A stretch of DNA of 64,000 nt from the human T2T-CHM13v2.0 reference genome, Homo sapiens: the NCBI RefSeq assembly GCF_009914755.1, contig NC_060936.1; one strand, written 5' to 3'. Below, piece by piece: positions 12,452 to 27,906 of the stretch (position 1 is its first letter; the number at the start of each line of letters is the position of its first letter). A program made the translations under genes and the position numbers. The notes below the pieces were generated by a model, which ran no database searches, was not told where the DNA came from, and saw nothing but the letters and a program-made list of their open reading frames with translations.

Positions 12452-13249
12452 CTGAAAAAAAAAGAAAGAAATGATCAGATAAAGCATATGTTAAAAAGTG
12501 TTTCTACTCATTCAGGTGTATTAATTTTACTTTTTGCTTCCACAGTTTGAGGCCCGTAAGTTAGCTTCCCCCCTCCCCAGAATGAGGATGAATTAACTTC
12601 CCCTGTCTGTAAGGAAGATCATTTAGTGATCAAGCAGTGCATACTTTTTTCTATTTCCCTGGCTTCTATTTTGAGAAATGGAACCACTAGCTTCCCATAA
12701 TCTATATTAATATCCTGCCAAAAACAATGCATAAAATGTAGCTATAAATTCTGCAATCAAGGTAGAGTGCTGGAGATCTGCATGTAATTTAGGTTTCGAG
12801 GTTAGGGTAAGAAATGGAGGCTTTCCTTTACCTATGAAAACACCCAAGCTAGGAAAGTGAAACTTGCCATAAAGGACAACACATAAGTGAAACATAAGAA
12901 TTAGTGAAACCTTTGTTTCATTTCATTTACATCCAGTGCTGAAGAATATGGAATAATAATGAAAGCACATTGTTTGGAGATTTACTGTCTCAAGGTTTTA
13001 TTTAGGTGCTAAGTATTCAGAATAAGACAAGTCCATGCATTCCACATGTTTGAATAAATTAATGCAAGTAATAAAGAGCCAACTATATGCTCAAATGTAG
13101 GGCAAACTCCAAAGGCTGCACCCCCTACTCCACCATGATTTATTATTATTATTATTATTTTGTAGTGCTCAGAAGTGGATACAGGCTACTACACAGGGTG
13201 TAAGATATAATGTGTTTCAACTCTGTCTCTGTGCTCTTTTTGTTGTGTT

Positions 13250-14490
13250 TTGTTTTGTTAAACTTTAAGTTCTGGGATAAATCTGCAGAGTGTGCAGGTT
13301 TGTGACGTTGGTATACATGTGCCATGGTGGCTTGCTGCACCTATCAACCCATCTTCTAGGTTTGAAGCCCCGCATGCATTAGGTATTTTGCAATCTATCC
13401 ATTTGACAAAGGACTAATATCCAGAATCTACAAAGAACTTAAACAAATTTACAAGAAAAAAACAATCCCATCAAAAAGTGGGTGAAGGATATGAACAGAC
13501 ACTTCTCAAAGAAGACATTTACGCAGCCAACAGACACAGGAAAAAACGCTCATCATCACTGGCCATCAAAGAAATGCAAATCAAAACCACAATGAGATAT
13601 CATCTCGCACCAGTTAGAATGGTGATCATTAAAAAGTCAGGAAACAACAGATGCTGGAGAGGATGTGGAGAAATAGGAATACTTTTACACTGTTGGTGGG
13701 ACTGTAAACTAGTTCAACCATTGTGGAAGACAGTGTGGCGATTCCTCAGGGATCTAGAACTAGAAATACCATTTGACCCAGCCATTCCATTACTGGGTAT
13801 ATACCCGAAGGATTATAAATCATGCTGCTATAAAGACACATGCACACGTATGTTTATTGTGGCACTATTCACAATAGCAAAGACTTGGAACCAAACCAAG
13901 TGCCCATCAATGATAGACTGGATTAAGAAAATGTGGCACATATACACCATGGAATACTATGCAGCCTTAAAAAAGGATGAGTTCATGTCCTTTGTAGGGA
14001 CATGGATGAAGCTGGAAACCATCATTCTCAGCAAACTATGGCAAGGACAGAAAACCAAACACCACATGTTCTCACTCATAGGTGGGAATTGAACAATGAG
14101 AACACATGGACACAGGGACGGGAATATCACACATTGGGGTGATGTTGGGGTTGGGGGAGTGGGGAGGGATAGCCCCCCTGTCGTGGGGTTGGGAGAGTGG
14201 GGAGGGATAGCATTAGGAGATATATCTAATGTAAATGACGAGTTAATGGGTGCAGCACACCAACATGGCACATGTATACATATGTAACACAAACCTGCAC
14301 ATTGTGCACATGTACCCTAGAACTTAAAGTATAATAATAAAAAAAAGAAAAAAAGAAAAAATAATAATCGCCATACTGACTGGCCTGAGATGGTATCTCA
14401 TGTGGTTTTGATTTGCATTTCTCTACTGACCAGTGATGATGAGCTTTTCTTTATATGTTTACTGGCCACATAAATGTCTTCTTTTGTCTT
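13250..14490. mobile_element. Nested L1s: younger + strand L1PA (about 13386-14362) inside an older - strand L1PA (13250-13385 and 14362-14490)
   Basis: ORF 13478-14092 is the L1 ORF2p C-terminus; poly(A) near 14340-14360; flanks are antisense L1. Confidence 0.9.
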
Positions 14491-14656
14491 TCTGCTCTTT
14501 TTAATCAATGAATAAATGAACATAAAAACTTACTGTAGAAACTCTTGTCTATATTTAACTTCCAGATGTTTAGACAGCAATAACATTAAGCTCTAAGACT
14601 ACACTGACAGTAGAGACTATAAACAAGAAGACTATCAGTATTCTTGAGAATGACCG

Positions 14657-14710
14657 AAACCCAACCCAACCCAACCCAACCCAACCCAATCAAACCAAAA
14701 CAAAACAAAG
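14657..14710. repeat. (AACCC)n pentanucleotide microsatellite
   Basis: Direct reading. Confidence 0.9.
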
Positions 14711-14968
14711 AGCAGTGCTACTTAGCCAAATATAAGTGCTAAATTAAGCAAACCATGCATATGGAAAATCAAGTGCTGGGGACTATTTGGCCATGGCTCA
14801 GGAATTAAATTCTACCTTTGGATCTTTTTCACAAAATAAACCCATAGAACCCAGAGGAAATTTAACAACTTCATTTTTACAAATATTGCAATTCCAATGA
14901 GACAGTCTTGCAAAAGGTCACATATGCCGTTATTTCTTTGTTTTTTTTCATTTAACTTAATATGATAG

Positions 14969-15503
14969 TGAAGGAGTTCAGAACATGATGCCCCGAAATA
15001 TGTCACTCAGGCATATAGACTCTTTTGAGTTAAACGCACTTTTAAAACAGCAGATGCAAGAGAAAACACTCTGAGCTTCCTTCTTTTTCTTATAAGCAGG
15101 AGATAAAATACCTTTGTGAAAGATATCTTCTCTATACCAGAAGGAAAGCAACATTCTTATAGTCAAGGATAGGTAGTTGAGGCCAAAGGAAATGTGTGCA
15201 AACAACATTTGTTAATTTAACATTTATCTTTCCGGTCACTTTTCTACCCAATTAATTACCCTAGATCAAACCTCTTTGCCTTGCCACATTTTCATAATTT
15301 ATTACCCTTTGTTGAATTCAATATATAAGTGTTCAACTCTACCTGCATCTTTAGGCTTTCATAAGGAAGACGTGCATGTCACGTCAAACTTATATTAACT
15401 AAACGCATGTGCTTTGCTCAAGTTGATGTGTCTTGTGTCAATTTCATTCTCAGGCCCGCAGAAAAACCCTGAGCGGGTAGAGGTAAGATTTTGCATTCCA
15501 ACT
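14969..15503 (+). mobile_element. ERV1 solo LTR (MER34-like)
   Basis: Begins TGAAGGAGTTCAGAACATGATGCCCCGAAATATG, resembling the MER34 start. Confidence 0.7.
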
Positions 15504-15841
15504 AATAGAAATAAATAAAGTTTTATAGAACAAACTATTAGTGACATAACTTACTCTTGATTAAAAAGAAATTAAAGGAATGCTACAATTATGAAGGTCA
15601 AGCTGCATGGTTTTTAAAATTTATCAAGCATTAGAGTTATACAGCCAAGGTGTTTGATCCTAGGTCTGGAATGTATTATTTGTGAGAGGCAACTTACTCA
15701 TTCTGTCCTGTATATTTTTTATCTGTAAATGGATTTTCTTATACCTGTATCCTAGTCTAATGAGGATTAAATACAAATAGCAGAGCATAGTGTATTTAAC
15801 ATTAGCTCACTAATTCACAAACTCTAAAAAAGAAAATTATC

Positions 15842-16192
15842 TGTAACAAGCCCATAGAACTGATGTTTATGTGGGATTTTTTTTATAAATATAGAAATTG
15901 ATCCTCCTAGTTTTAAAACTTGAAACTTACATTTGTCTTATTTGAGTTCATTCTTTAGGAATCTGACCTTTAGTCCTCTCAGATAGTAACAGGAAACCGA
16001 AAGTCACCAGATCACCACTTCCAGACAAGGGACTCCTCACTGCCATGATTGTCTAACCGACCACCTGCTCCCTGTTGACCAACTCTTCTTCCCTACCCCT
16101 CCCTAATTCGGGAATAGTCATTGTCTCCGGGATTGGCTTTCTGTGCCCTGAGCAATGGGACCTAGACTGAACCCCTGGCATTTCAGTAACAT
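15842..16192 (+). mobile_element. LOR1-type ERV1 solo LTR, internally deleted
   Basis: cccatagaactgatgtttatg...; ends cctggcatttcagtaaca, homologous to the LTR ends at 41137-41371 and 50827+. Confidence 0.7.
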
Positions 16193-16477
16193 CGCTATTG
16201 CTGTTGCCATCTGGTGGTCATCTAAGAATTTAAGATTATTTTTCTTAAGCATCAAGGACTATAAAGTCAAGAACATAATTCTATTGTAAAACTGAGAGTG
16301 TTTGGGGGAGAGGCAAGGATTATGGTAAAAACTGTTGAACTGGTAAAAATTTGAGGACAAGTGTCTATAAAACCCTTTAATCACTCTAGATGTGGGAGAT
16401 TTGGAGTTAAACTTGAGATATACATGGACCCTTCAGGAGTGAAGAACCATAGAAAGTGTATGAATTAAACCACTCAC

Positions 16478-16561
16478 CTATCATAATAATGCAAACTGTA
16501 GTAATAATAATACTCAGGAAGCACATAAGGCCAATCTTCCAGTTTTGTATCAACTTGGGAA
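16478..16561 (-). CDS. CLEC2A: CLEC2A exon 2, transmembrane: (V)PKLIQNWKIGLMCFLSIIITTVCIIMI
   Basis: tttgcag|TT CCC AAG...ATG ATA G|GTGAG; 84 nt, phase 1-1; hydrophobic type II TM segment. Confidence 0.97.
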
Positions 16562-17273
16562 CTGCAAATTAAATCAACACATATTTTACAATTTCTGAAT
16601 AAACACTGACTCGATATTATTACTGGTGTATTCCTCTCCTATAATTGTTAATCAGGAAACCCTCAATCAAGTACATACATCTCAAAATAACAAAGGATAG
16701 CAAACCATCAAAAAGTGCAAGGAAGATAAGTACCAAAAAATGATTGCTATAGCTGTTCGGCTCGAGAGAGTGGTGAGTGGAGAAATCACTGAGTTTTGGG
16801 GGAATGAGGAAGGAAAGGAAAGGAAAGTTTACTTAAAAGGTAGAAATAGTTTGAATGGGGGATTTTAAGCAAAAAGGCATAAAGATCATCAAAAGGTCCA
16901 CGATTAGAGCAAATGTTTATAACAGATATATAAGGCAATAGGATTAAAGACAGGAAAGAAAGGAGTCATAAGGTCATGACAGAAGACCTTAAATGAGAGA
17001 TATATTTTTCTTTATTCTTTAAGCCATGGAGGAAATAAACAATGTGTTTCAGCCAGAGAATATTCAAGATAAAAGCAGTAATTTATTTATTTGTGGTAAG
17101 CAAACAAAATTAGAGAAAACTCAGGATTTGACACTCGTGGAAATGCTATGAGGTTAAGAACAAATAATAATTCTATTAATGATAAAGTAATTGTAGCTGA
17201 TATATCATTAGTAGATGTAGAAACAATCTAGGAAGAATGTGCGTGTATGTGTGTGTCTGTGTGTGTGTGTGTA

Positions 17274-17647
17274 CAGTCATGCATAGCTTAGCAATGGGGA
17301 GATATTTTGAGAAATGTGCCTTTAGGTGATTGTGTCATTGTTGGAACATCATAGAATGTACTTACACAAACTTAGACAGTATAGCCTACTAACACCTAGG
17401 CTATATATTACAGACTGTTGCTCCTAGACTACAAAACTGGATAGCATGTTATCGTACTAATTACTGCAGGCAATTATAACACAATGCTAAATGCTTGCGT
17501 CTAAACATAGAAAAGGTACAGTGAAAATACCATATAAAAGATCAAAAATGGTACACCTTTACAAGGCAGCTTCATTGTAATCTTATGGGACCATTGTTGT
17601 TATGCAATCTGTCATTGACCAAAACATTGTTCTATGGTGCATGACTA
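17274..17647. mobile_element. Tigger3/MER7 MITE
   Basis: TA|CAGTCATGCA...TGCATGACTA|TA inverted termini. Confidence 0.8.
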
Positions 17648-18119
17648 TATGTGTATATCGTGCATATATGCATAAACACAGATTATATATATGTATGCAT
17701 GCCTATATGCATATATATGCTTTATATGTATGTATATATACATGTACATATACATACATATATTTAAATATCAGAAAAGAGGACTTGAAGAAAGAAAAAT
17801 TTAAAAAGAAGTCATGTTTTCTCTCTTTCTTCAGAACTTAAAGCAGCCTTAGTGAATGAAAACTTGAAAAAGTTACTAGTTTTCATGATCACCAGACTAC
17901 AGATAATGTGCAATAAAGTAATTTCAAGACTGGATTGAGAGAAGCCAGATTCTGAGATGTTTACAAAGAGAATGTTTGATAGGAAGAAGAGTTTGGTAAT
18001 TTATCTTACATCTAGAGAAACAATAGCTAAAGATAGAAAACATAAAATGTGTTTTTTTTTTCAAGATTAGGGAGAAATGAAGAACAAGGAAGAAGAAAAG
18101 ATAAAAACCACTGCACAAA

Positions 18120-19160
<1,041 letters not shown>

Positions 19161-19289
19161 TTTTAATTAAAATATATGTCCTTCATTCCTGTTCTGGCAT
19201 GTGATATTTGCAATAGATTGGAAGTCATCCCTACTGTTCTCACAGTGACAACAAAAAAAAAGCTGAGAAAACTAAATAAAAACAACACT

Positions 19290-21300
19290 TCTAGTATACA
19301 GAAATAGTATTGATTTGTTAAATGTGCTCTTTTAAGTAACCCTCTTGAACTCTGGTATTATTTTTAATAGTTTTCTAGTTGATTCTATTGGTATTTATTT
19401 TTATATAATCAAATTATCTGAAAATATTGCAGATACAACTCTTCCATTGCAATCCTTGTCCTTTATAATTCCTTTTGTTTTCTTATATCACTGGTTACCT
19501 TTAGCATTGTACTACACTATTGCTAAACAGTAGTAGTTACAGTGAACATTTTTTTCTTGTTTTTAATCTTAAATGGAATGTTTAAATTTTCATTATTAAG
19601 CACTGTAAAAATGCTGTATAAATTTAACATACAACATTAGCAATTTAAAAAAGAATTTTTCTATTCCTAGTTTCTTAACAGGGACTTATCTCAGATAGAC
19701 ATTGAATGTTATCATGTTTCCTTGTTGTTATCAAATGCACTTACTGAATAATTGTGTGGACTTTCTTTCAAAAAATTTTAATATTTTTTGCACTGATATT
19801 CTGATATCTAAGCATTCCTAAGATAAATCCACTTGTATATGAATTTTTAACTGCTTTGTTGTATATAGTAAATAAATATTTTCTTGGAATTTCTACTTCT
19901 AATTTCATAAGAAGATGAGTCTGTTTCTTTTTGTCTTGTTCTGACTTTGTTTGGAAATCAAAAAGTCTATTAAATCGGGGTAAATTTCTCATTTTGCTGT
20001 TTTTTGAAGCAAGATGTCCAATACAAAAATTAGCTATTTCTTGAAAGATCAGTAGATTACTCTATTTTAGTTGCCTTTTCAATGTATTTATTTTTAATTT
20101 CTATAATTCTATAATTATTTATTTCTTCTCATTACATTTTGGCATTTTATATTTTTTAGACCTCTACCTTCTTTTTTTAATATTTATAAGCGCATTAGTG
20201 TTTTAGTTTGCTAGGCCTGCCGTAACAAGTTGTCACAAACTGGGCGGCTAAAATTAACAGGAATGTATTGTCGTACAGTTCTGGAGACAAGAAGTCTGAA
20301 ATTAAGATGTTGGTCGGATGGGTTCCTTGTGAGGCCTGTAAGGAAAGAATCTGTTCCAGGCCATTCTCCTTGGCTTGAAGATGGCATTCTCCCTGTATAT
20401 GGATCCGTCTCTAAATTTTCCTTTTTTATGAGAACACCAGTAATATTAAATTAGGTCCCAACCTACCGACCTAATTTTAACGTGGTAAAGACACTATCTC
20501 CAAACCAGATCACATTCTGAGGTAGAGGGGGTTAGAGCCTCAATATATAAAATTTTAAGGGAACAGAGTTTGCCCCATAATAATTGATGAATTATTTCCA
20601 TAATGTTTTATTAAATTTTAATATTTGTGGTTTTTGTGATTATTTGTACTTTTTTGATATTTTCTTTATTGTATCGTCTTCTGCAAACTTTTAGACATCT
20701 AGTTCTCTCATCTTTTCTAATAGCCACCATTTGATTTGTTATCCCTCTCATTTCTCCTCTTTTTCACTAACGTCTCCTATTATCTCATTTTTTAATTTTG
20801 TATATTTTTCTTTCACTCTATTGTGCCAGATGCATGTTTTTTTCTTATCTATTTTGTTTGTACACTTTTGAAGTTTCAGTTTGAGGTATTTGGCTTTTAT
20901 TAGTTTTAGAAGTTGGAATATTATTTCTTCAAATATTTCCTATCCGCTATTCTTTTTTTCTCTCTCTCTGTTTCAGATTCTTGTTATCTAGAAGGTGGCA
21001 TTTCTACTTCTATTTTTCATATCTCTCAGCTTTTATTTTATATTTTCTAACTGTTTTCTTTTCTGTCATGTTTTTAATAGCATCTCCTAGGTCTTATTCA
21101 TTCTTAATCAGCGTCCATTCTATTAATTAACTCCTCAAAGTGTTCTTTATTTCAAACACTATATTTCTATAATTATTATTTTCACTTGGTTTTTATTGTG
21201 TTCTTGGTGCTTCTTCATTTCATTAATATCTTTTCTTTTGGAGCATTTTTATTATGCTTTAATTAAATTCTCAGACTAGATGTTCTAATGATTCCTGCAG
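19290..21300 (-). mobile_element. Old L1M fragments with a MLT1 LTR at about 20195-20580
   Basis: T-rich antisense L1-like text; MLT1 motifs cagttctggag...ttaaattagg...cacattctgagg. Confidence 0.6.
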
Positions 21301-22492
21301 CCCGGCTTTCTCATAATCTTCCAGTACATGCTTCACAGTACTTCATATTTTGTCTTCTCGTTATGCAATGAGATAAATTTTCTTCCACTTTTTACTCTCT
21401 AAACTCTTAAATCTGTTACCCAGACAAGCCTGACTAATTTATTTGGCTAAAGGGATGGAATCTTATTTCTTTTTGTAATACTAATGTCCAATTGTGTAAA
21501 ATGTAGACTAATTTTTAAAAATTTTCTTATGAAGTTTTCATAGATCAAGAGTTCGTAACTATGACCAATAGTTAGAATATACAACCAAGTAAATTTAACC
21601 TTACCCTAAAGAAACTTCTAAATAGAACATCCTTAAATTAAAATGGAAAGTCTTCTAAGACAGAGAGATATTATCACTGAAAACATTCTAGTATAGGCTG
21701 CTAGAAATGCTGTAGCTAGAAATCGTATGGTAGATGAAAAGTTTTACTAGGTAGCTACTGAGGTCTCTTCAACCTTTAAGAGTATCAGGCTTACTTATTA
21801 TTAAAAGAATTATCCCAATTGCCCTGGGAATTCATATCAGTAAACTCTGATAGTGGTTTCAGCTGGAGTCCTTAACTCATTTCAAGATTTTACTTTTTAT
21901 CTCTTCACTGTCTTTATCTTAAAGTTTTGGCAGGCTTCCTATTCCAGTCATTTGGCATACAATTCATTCGTTTTCTTTAACATAAACCCTCAGAACTATT
22001 GTGAATGGAGGGTGTTTGTATGTGTACCTTGTTTTTATTTATTGGTTTGTTTATGTTTCAATCCACTGAAAACAAACTTCATTGTTGGCCTTAGCTGAAT
22101 CTTAAAATTTTTGAAAAGTTCTTTTCAGTCTTATGAAGTCACAATCATCAAGCCTCCTTCCAGAGTGAAGCATTTGCTTTTTATTCTGTATAAAAGTGTT
22201 AAGCAATTTTTTCCCTGTGAAAGTACATTTTAAAAATATTCTTATTGAGATATAATACACGTACCATAAAATTCTGCCCCAAAACCTTCTTACACACAAG
22301 CTTATACCCTCTCTTGCAGACATAAAACTCTACATGCTCTAACAGGCTTCCACAATTCTCCGGAAGTGCTTCCCCATCCCTCACTTACTTTAGTAGACTT
22401 TCACAGTAAGTAAAGAGTCCATATTTTTAAGCTGTCCTGTATTTTGTTTTATCTTTCCTTTACTTCCTTCTCATTCACTCTATAAAACTTAC

Positions 22493-22547
22493 CTATCCGA
22501 TGTATGAAGCCATCAGCTCTGCCATCCCGCAGCTCTGGATTAATCAT
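22493..22547 (-). CDS. CLEC2A: CLEC2A (KACL) coding exon 1: MINPELRDGRADGFIHRI
   Basis: Reverse complement reads GCC ATG ATT AAT CCA GAG CTG CGG...CGG ATA G|GTAAG; 55 nt, phase 1; matches the known KACL N-terminus. Confidence 0.97.
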
Positions 22548-22760
22548 GGCAAGGCGCTAACCGATGGAGATCAGTAGGAGAGGACTAGAAAGCTTTTCAT
22601 GTACATCACTTATTTAGGCACTGAGCAAGCTTCAGTCAAAAGAGACTTAACCAATCCAAATGGAAAACATCAGTACTAATTTTAGATCAAAGATAAAAGT
22701 AGGCAGACTTGTTAGTTTAAGGAAGGAATTTAAAAATTAACTCATCCATAACAAAAGGAT
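22548..22760 (-). promoter_or_regulatory. CLEC2A 5' UTR and proximal promoter
   Basis: Immediately upstream of the ATG; TATA-like TAAATAA near 22612, CCAAT at 22651, overlapping TCF/LEF-like AGATCAAAG and GATA AGATAA at about 22684-22696. Confidence 0.55.
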
Positions 22761-22769
22761 CGTAAAGTC

Positions 22770-23544
22770 AATCATGTAAACACCACAACAACCGTGCTAT
22801 GGAACATTTCCATCATCTTTCTTTTTTTCCTTGTGTAATCACTATCTTTTCTGACCCTGGACCCTGGCAAGCATTACTTTGCTTTATATCAACATAGTTT
22901 TTCCTTTCATGGAATTTTTTTTTTTTTGAGGCAGGGTCTCACTGTGTTGCCCAGGCTGGAGTGCAGTGGGGAAAACTTGGCCCATTGCAACTTTGACCTC
23001 CTTGGCTCAAGCAATCCTCCTGCCCTACCCACCCAAGTAGCTGGGACTACAGTCGCGCACCATCATGCCCTGCTAATTTTATTTTTTGTAGAGACTAGGT
23101 CTCATTATATTGCCCAGACTGGTCTTGAACTCCTGGGCTTAAGTGATCTTCTGGCTTCAGTCACCCAAAGTACTGGGATTACAGGCATGAGCCACCACGG
23201 CCAGCCCCTTTCATAGAATTTTATATAAATGGTATCATATAATATGTAGTGTCTTGTCTCTTGCTTATTTCATTTATAATACTTTTGAGATTCACTCAAG
23301 TTGTTGTGCAGGTAAGTAGTTCATTCCCTTTTATTTCTTAGTAGTATTCCTATTGCATGTTATACCAGAAATTATCTCTTTGATCACTAGTTGATGGACT
23401 TTTGTTTCTAGGGTGGGACTGTTATGTATGAAACTGCTGTACACAGGCATTTTTGTGTGAGCAAGTTTTCTCTTGGATAAATTCCCAGAAATTGAATTGC
23501 TGCATCATATAAGTATGTTTATCTTTATAAAAAGCTGTAAAACT
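22770..23544 (-). mobile_element. Old L1M 3' end interrupted by a - strand AluJ (22916-23206)
   Basis: gaacatttccatcatc...ttttgagattcactcaagttgttg L1M motifs; Alu dimer. Confidence 0.7.
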
Positions 23545-23950
<406 letters not shown>

Positions 23951-24441
23951 TCATCTGTACCCCGCTGGGTTACGGGATTTCAGGAGGTATTTTTGTCCAC
24001 CTGCGAATTCCATTTATTACCTTTCATTTAACAGACAATGTCTTTCCTTTCTGCAGTTGATTTTGCTAAAGAGGCAATTCATAAGGTGAGGTCCTACTCA
24101 TAGTATGACTTGCTTTCTCACGACCTCCTTCCATTTTTAGTAACTCCCTGGTCTATTTGGTGTCTGTAAAAAAAGAATCTGGTAATGGAGACTTCTTTTA
24201 ATATGGAAATTTGGCCTGGCAATAACTTATTCCTTTCCACATGTAACTGACCCAATCTGGTTTCCAGATGACAAGTATGCAAGCCCCAGATGTTGAGAAG
24301 CCATATTTCAACTGCTTCCTGCATCTGTTGAAATATAATTGTTCATACTTGCCATCCCTTATGTTTCTTGTAACAATTTGCACAGTTCTTGCCAGAATAA
24401 ATGCCATTCTCTGTATGCTTCAGAGAATTCCGCAATTTGAT

Positions 24442-24475
<34 letters not shown>

Positions 24476-24577
24476 CCTTCCGTAAAACACTTCTAAAGGG
24501 TGAAAGCTCTTGTATGGCATAGACATGAATTCCTTCCTCTGGTAATAATTAGGTTATTTCCAGAAGCACAGTGTCAT

Positions 24578-24874
24578 TTTTTTTTTTTTTTTTGAGATGG
24601 AGTTTCTCTCCTGTGGCCCAGGCTGGAATGCAATGGTGTGATCTCGGCTCACGCAACTTCCACCTCCTGGGTTCAAGTGATTCTCCTGCCTCAGCCTCCT
24701 GAGTAGCTGGGATTATGGGCATGCACCACCATGCCTGCCTAATTTTGTATTTTTAGTAGAGACGAGGCTTCTCCATGTTGGTCCAGCTGGTCTCGAACTC
24801 CTGACCTCAGGTTATCCACCCGCCTCGGCCTCCCAAAGTGCTGGGATTACAGGTGTGAGCCACCATGCCCAGCC
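24578..24874 (-). mobile_element. AluS
   Basis: Alu dimer after a T tract; (TG)n at 24444-24474 nearby. Confidence 0.95.
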
Positions 24875-25054
24875 CATTCTTTAAATAAAAGCTTTCCTGT
24901 TTAAGGCTTTTCAAAGGAGCAGACCACTTTGAAGATTCTCCCTAGGGTTGATATGTGTCTAATTCATTTTATAAAATTATTCTTATCTTCATTTTAAAGC
25001 TTTGGCTATACAGTCAGAAATGTCCTGGATAACAAACTATTTTGTATTTAATTT

Positions 25055-25690
25055 AATTTGCCTCTTCATTGTCTTATTCAACAAACATTTACAGAATGCC
25101 TAATTAGTACTTGGCATTTTTCAGGGTGCTTGAAATACGTCTGTGAACAAAATAGACACAGATTCCTTTACTCATGGGGTTTCCATTCCAGGAAGTTTAA
25201 ACATAAAGACTAAAGATAGTAAACAAATGGTACAATATTCCATATTCCAGTATGTAATAAGTTCCACTGAAAACAAAAGATAGACCAGGTTAAAATTGAT
25301 TAGTAATGTCAAGGTTGAGGAGTGTGAGCTGCAATTTTAATAGGGTAGTCAGGGTAAGCATCACTGAGAAAGTGAAATGTAAATGAACTTTGAGGAGGGA
25401 AAGTGCCATGTGGATACCATCATCCTGGTGGAATTGTGTGAAGATCCTAGGGCAGATGTATGCCTGGCACATTCCGGAAAGAGTGAGGAAGCCAGCTGTG
25501 TCTGGAGGAGAACAGTGAGAGAAGAGTTCAGCTAAGTACCAACAGGGTAATTCTGTTTTTGCCATTCTGAGGCCTGTGGCTAATATTCTAAGTGAAATGG
25601 GAAGATGGAAAATTCTTTTGAGCAGAATAGCGGTGTGATCTGACATACATTTAATATGTTCACTCTGGGTACTGTCCTCAGAATAAGTTG
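25055..25690 (-). mobile_element. L2
   Basis: attcaacaaacatttac L2 3' end and downstream L2 motifs. Confidence 0.7.
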
Positions 25691-26166
25691 GAAGGGGATG
25701 CAATCCACCCACCTAGCCTGAATAACTATACTTAAAAATGTTCAAAGTTCTGCTCATGTTCATAAAATTCAACCCGCAGCCCATTATTTGTTCCTTTCTC
25801 TTTTCTTCTTTACCTGTCAAATTTTCTCCACTGGGCGCTCTGACTCCTTTTAACATTATTTCTATTTCAGTACAGCTGGATAGAAATGTCATCATTAGGA
25901 GATGCAAAGCGGTCCCCTTCTAATGTGATAGTCACCACTCCAGAGATGGCTAATGGAGATGTTTAATGACCTTAAAAATGCATAAGTCTCATTCCCCATC
26001 CTCCTTTTGCTAACGATGGTCATTTTTTGTAGCACAATAATCTGAAAATTTTAGAATTATTTTTGTTCTTGTACAGTACAGCATGTAAATTATAATTTAA
26101 CAACACCTGCATTTAACCTGCTAACACGGTTTACACACTATTAAATCCCGGCCCCATAGAGAATGA

Positions 26167-26526
<360 letters not shown>

Positions 26527-26996
26527 AACCATCTATTTTTTCAATATTATTTTCCACATTGTTTGAATGTCTGTAATGTGTGTGAGACCCAGCTGAATTT
26601 AAAATGTGGTTCTACCATTTACTATAATCCCAGGTAAACAATCTTTCATTTGCTCATTTATTTCAGCAAAAAATGATAAAAATTCTTCATCATTTAGGGG
26701 TAAAAATATTTAGCATAGTTCATGGTACAAGTTAATACTCAAAAGAGAATTACTCATTATATCAGGAAATGTAAAAGCGAAGAAAAGAAAACTAGGCCAA
26801 AGTAAAATATTAAGAGGTGCAGAGACTTTAATATCAGCCAGATGTTAACCCTTGCCCTCTGTCCTTCTGAGACCCGTGTAAGTATTAGCTGGAATCTAAA
26901 CCCCATAGGTTTGTGGGAATCCGGAGAACTCTCCATGATTTCTTCAAGTCACCAGGGCTTCCTTCTTCGTGGTCCTCTCCACTTCTAAATACTCAC

Positions 26997-27106
26997 GTTT
27001 TGCTCCCATGACTCATAGCACAAAACTCGATCCTTTCACTAGTTTCAGCAACGACAGCAACAACAAATCCACTTAATGTAAATAATTCGCTAGTTTCATA
27101 ACTTGA
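26997..27106 (-). ncRNA. Candidate internal non-coding exon
   Basis: tttgttttgtctttag| acceptor and AC|GTGAGT donor bracket 110 nt of non-repeat sequence. Confidence 0.35.
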
Positions 27107-27906
27107 CTAAAGACAAAACAAATAGATTAATTCTTTATTTACTGGACCTCCTGAGAAATAACTGAGCACAGCCTCGAAAATAGAACGTAAATTTCATTAG
27201 CCCGGTTTCTAAAACACGTGCAGTGTGGAAGGAGTAGAGGAAGTGAAACAAGCTGTTGCTCTCCTCCTATCTTTCTCCAAATTTTACCTCAGGACCCTGA
27301 TGGCAGGAAGAAAAGGACACTATGTGACTTCAGTGCCTAACAACACAGTCCTGGAAGTTTATGCTGTTGATACTATAGCAAACATTGTAATCATTTTGTG
27401 AGGGATTGGATTCTTCCCTTTATACTGTAGCATAAACATTGATATATCAATGTGTTTAGCCATTTAGAAATTATAAAGAAGGGGAGTGTAACTGACATTT
27501 CATTGAACATACCTTTCATATATTACAAAATTGGTCTATTAATGCTGAAATAAATGTTCACATTTGGCCACTCTTTATCACCATCACTGTAGTGAAACAG
27601 GTATTCTTTACTCAATAGATTACGATACACATAAGTAAACAAATAAAATCTAAAGAAAAGATTTCCTACATTTATATTTTATGCCATGCATATAAACATG
27701 TGAAATTCAAAATTCAAAACGGAGGAAAACAGGATGGTTAATCATGATACATTTCTGGTTATACTGTAATTATTTGGGGGAACTTCACAGTACTGGTGTA
27801 CACTTTCCTAACTTCTAGGGTAACTTCAAATTTTTATCCTGCCCATTCCCAAAATATATGTGTATTTTTATGCTTATCCAATCCATAGTGCCAACTAATA
27901 ACAACC

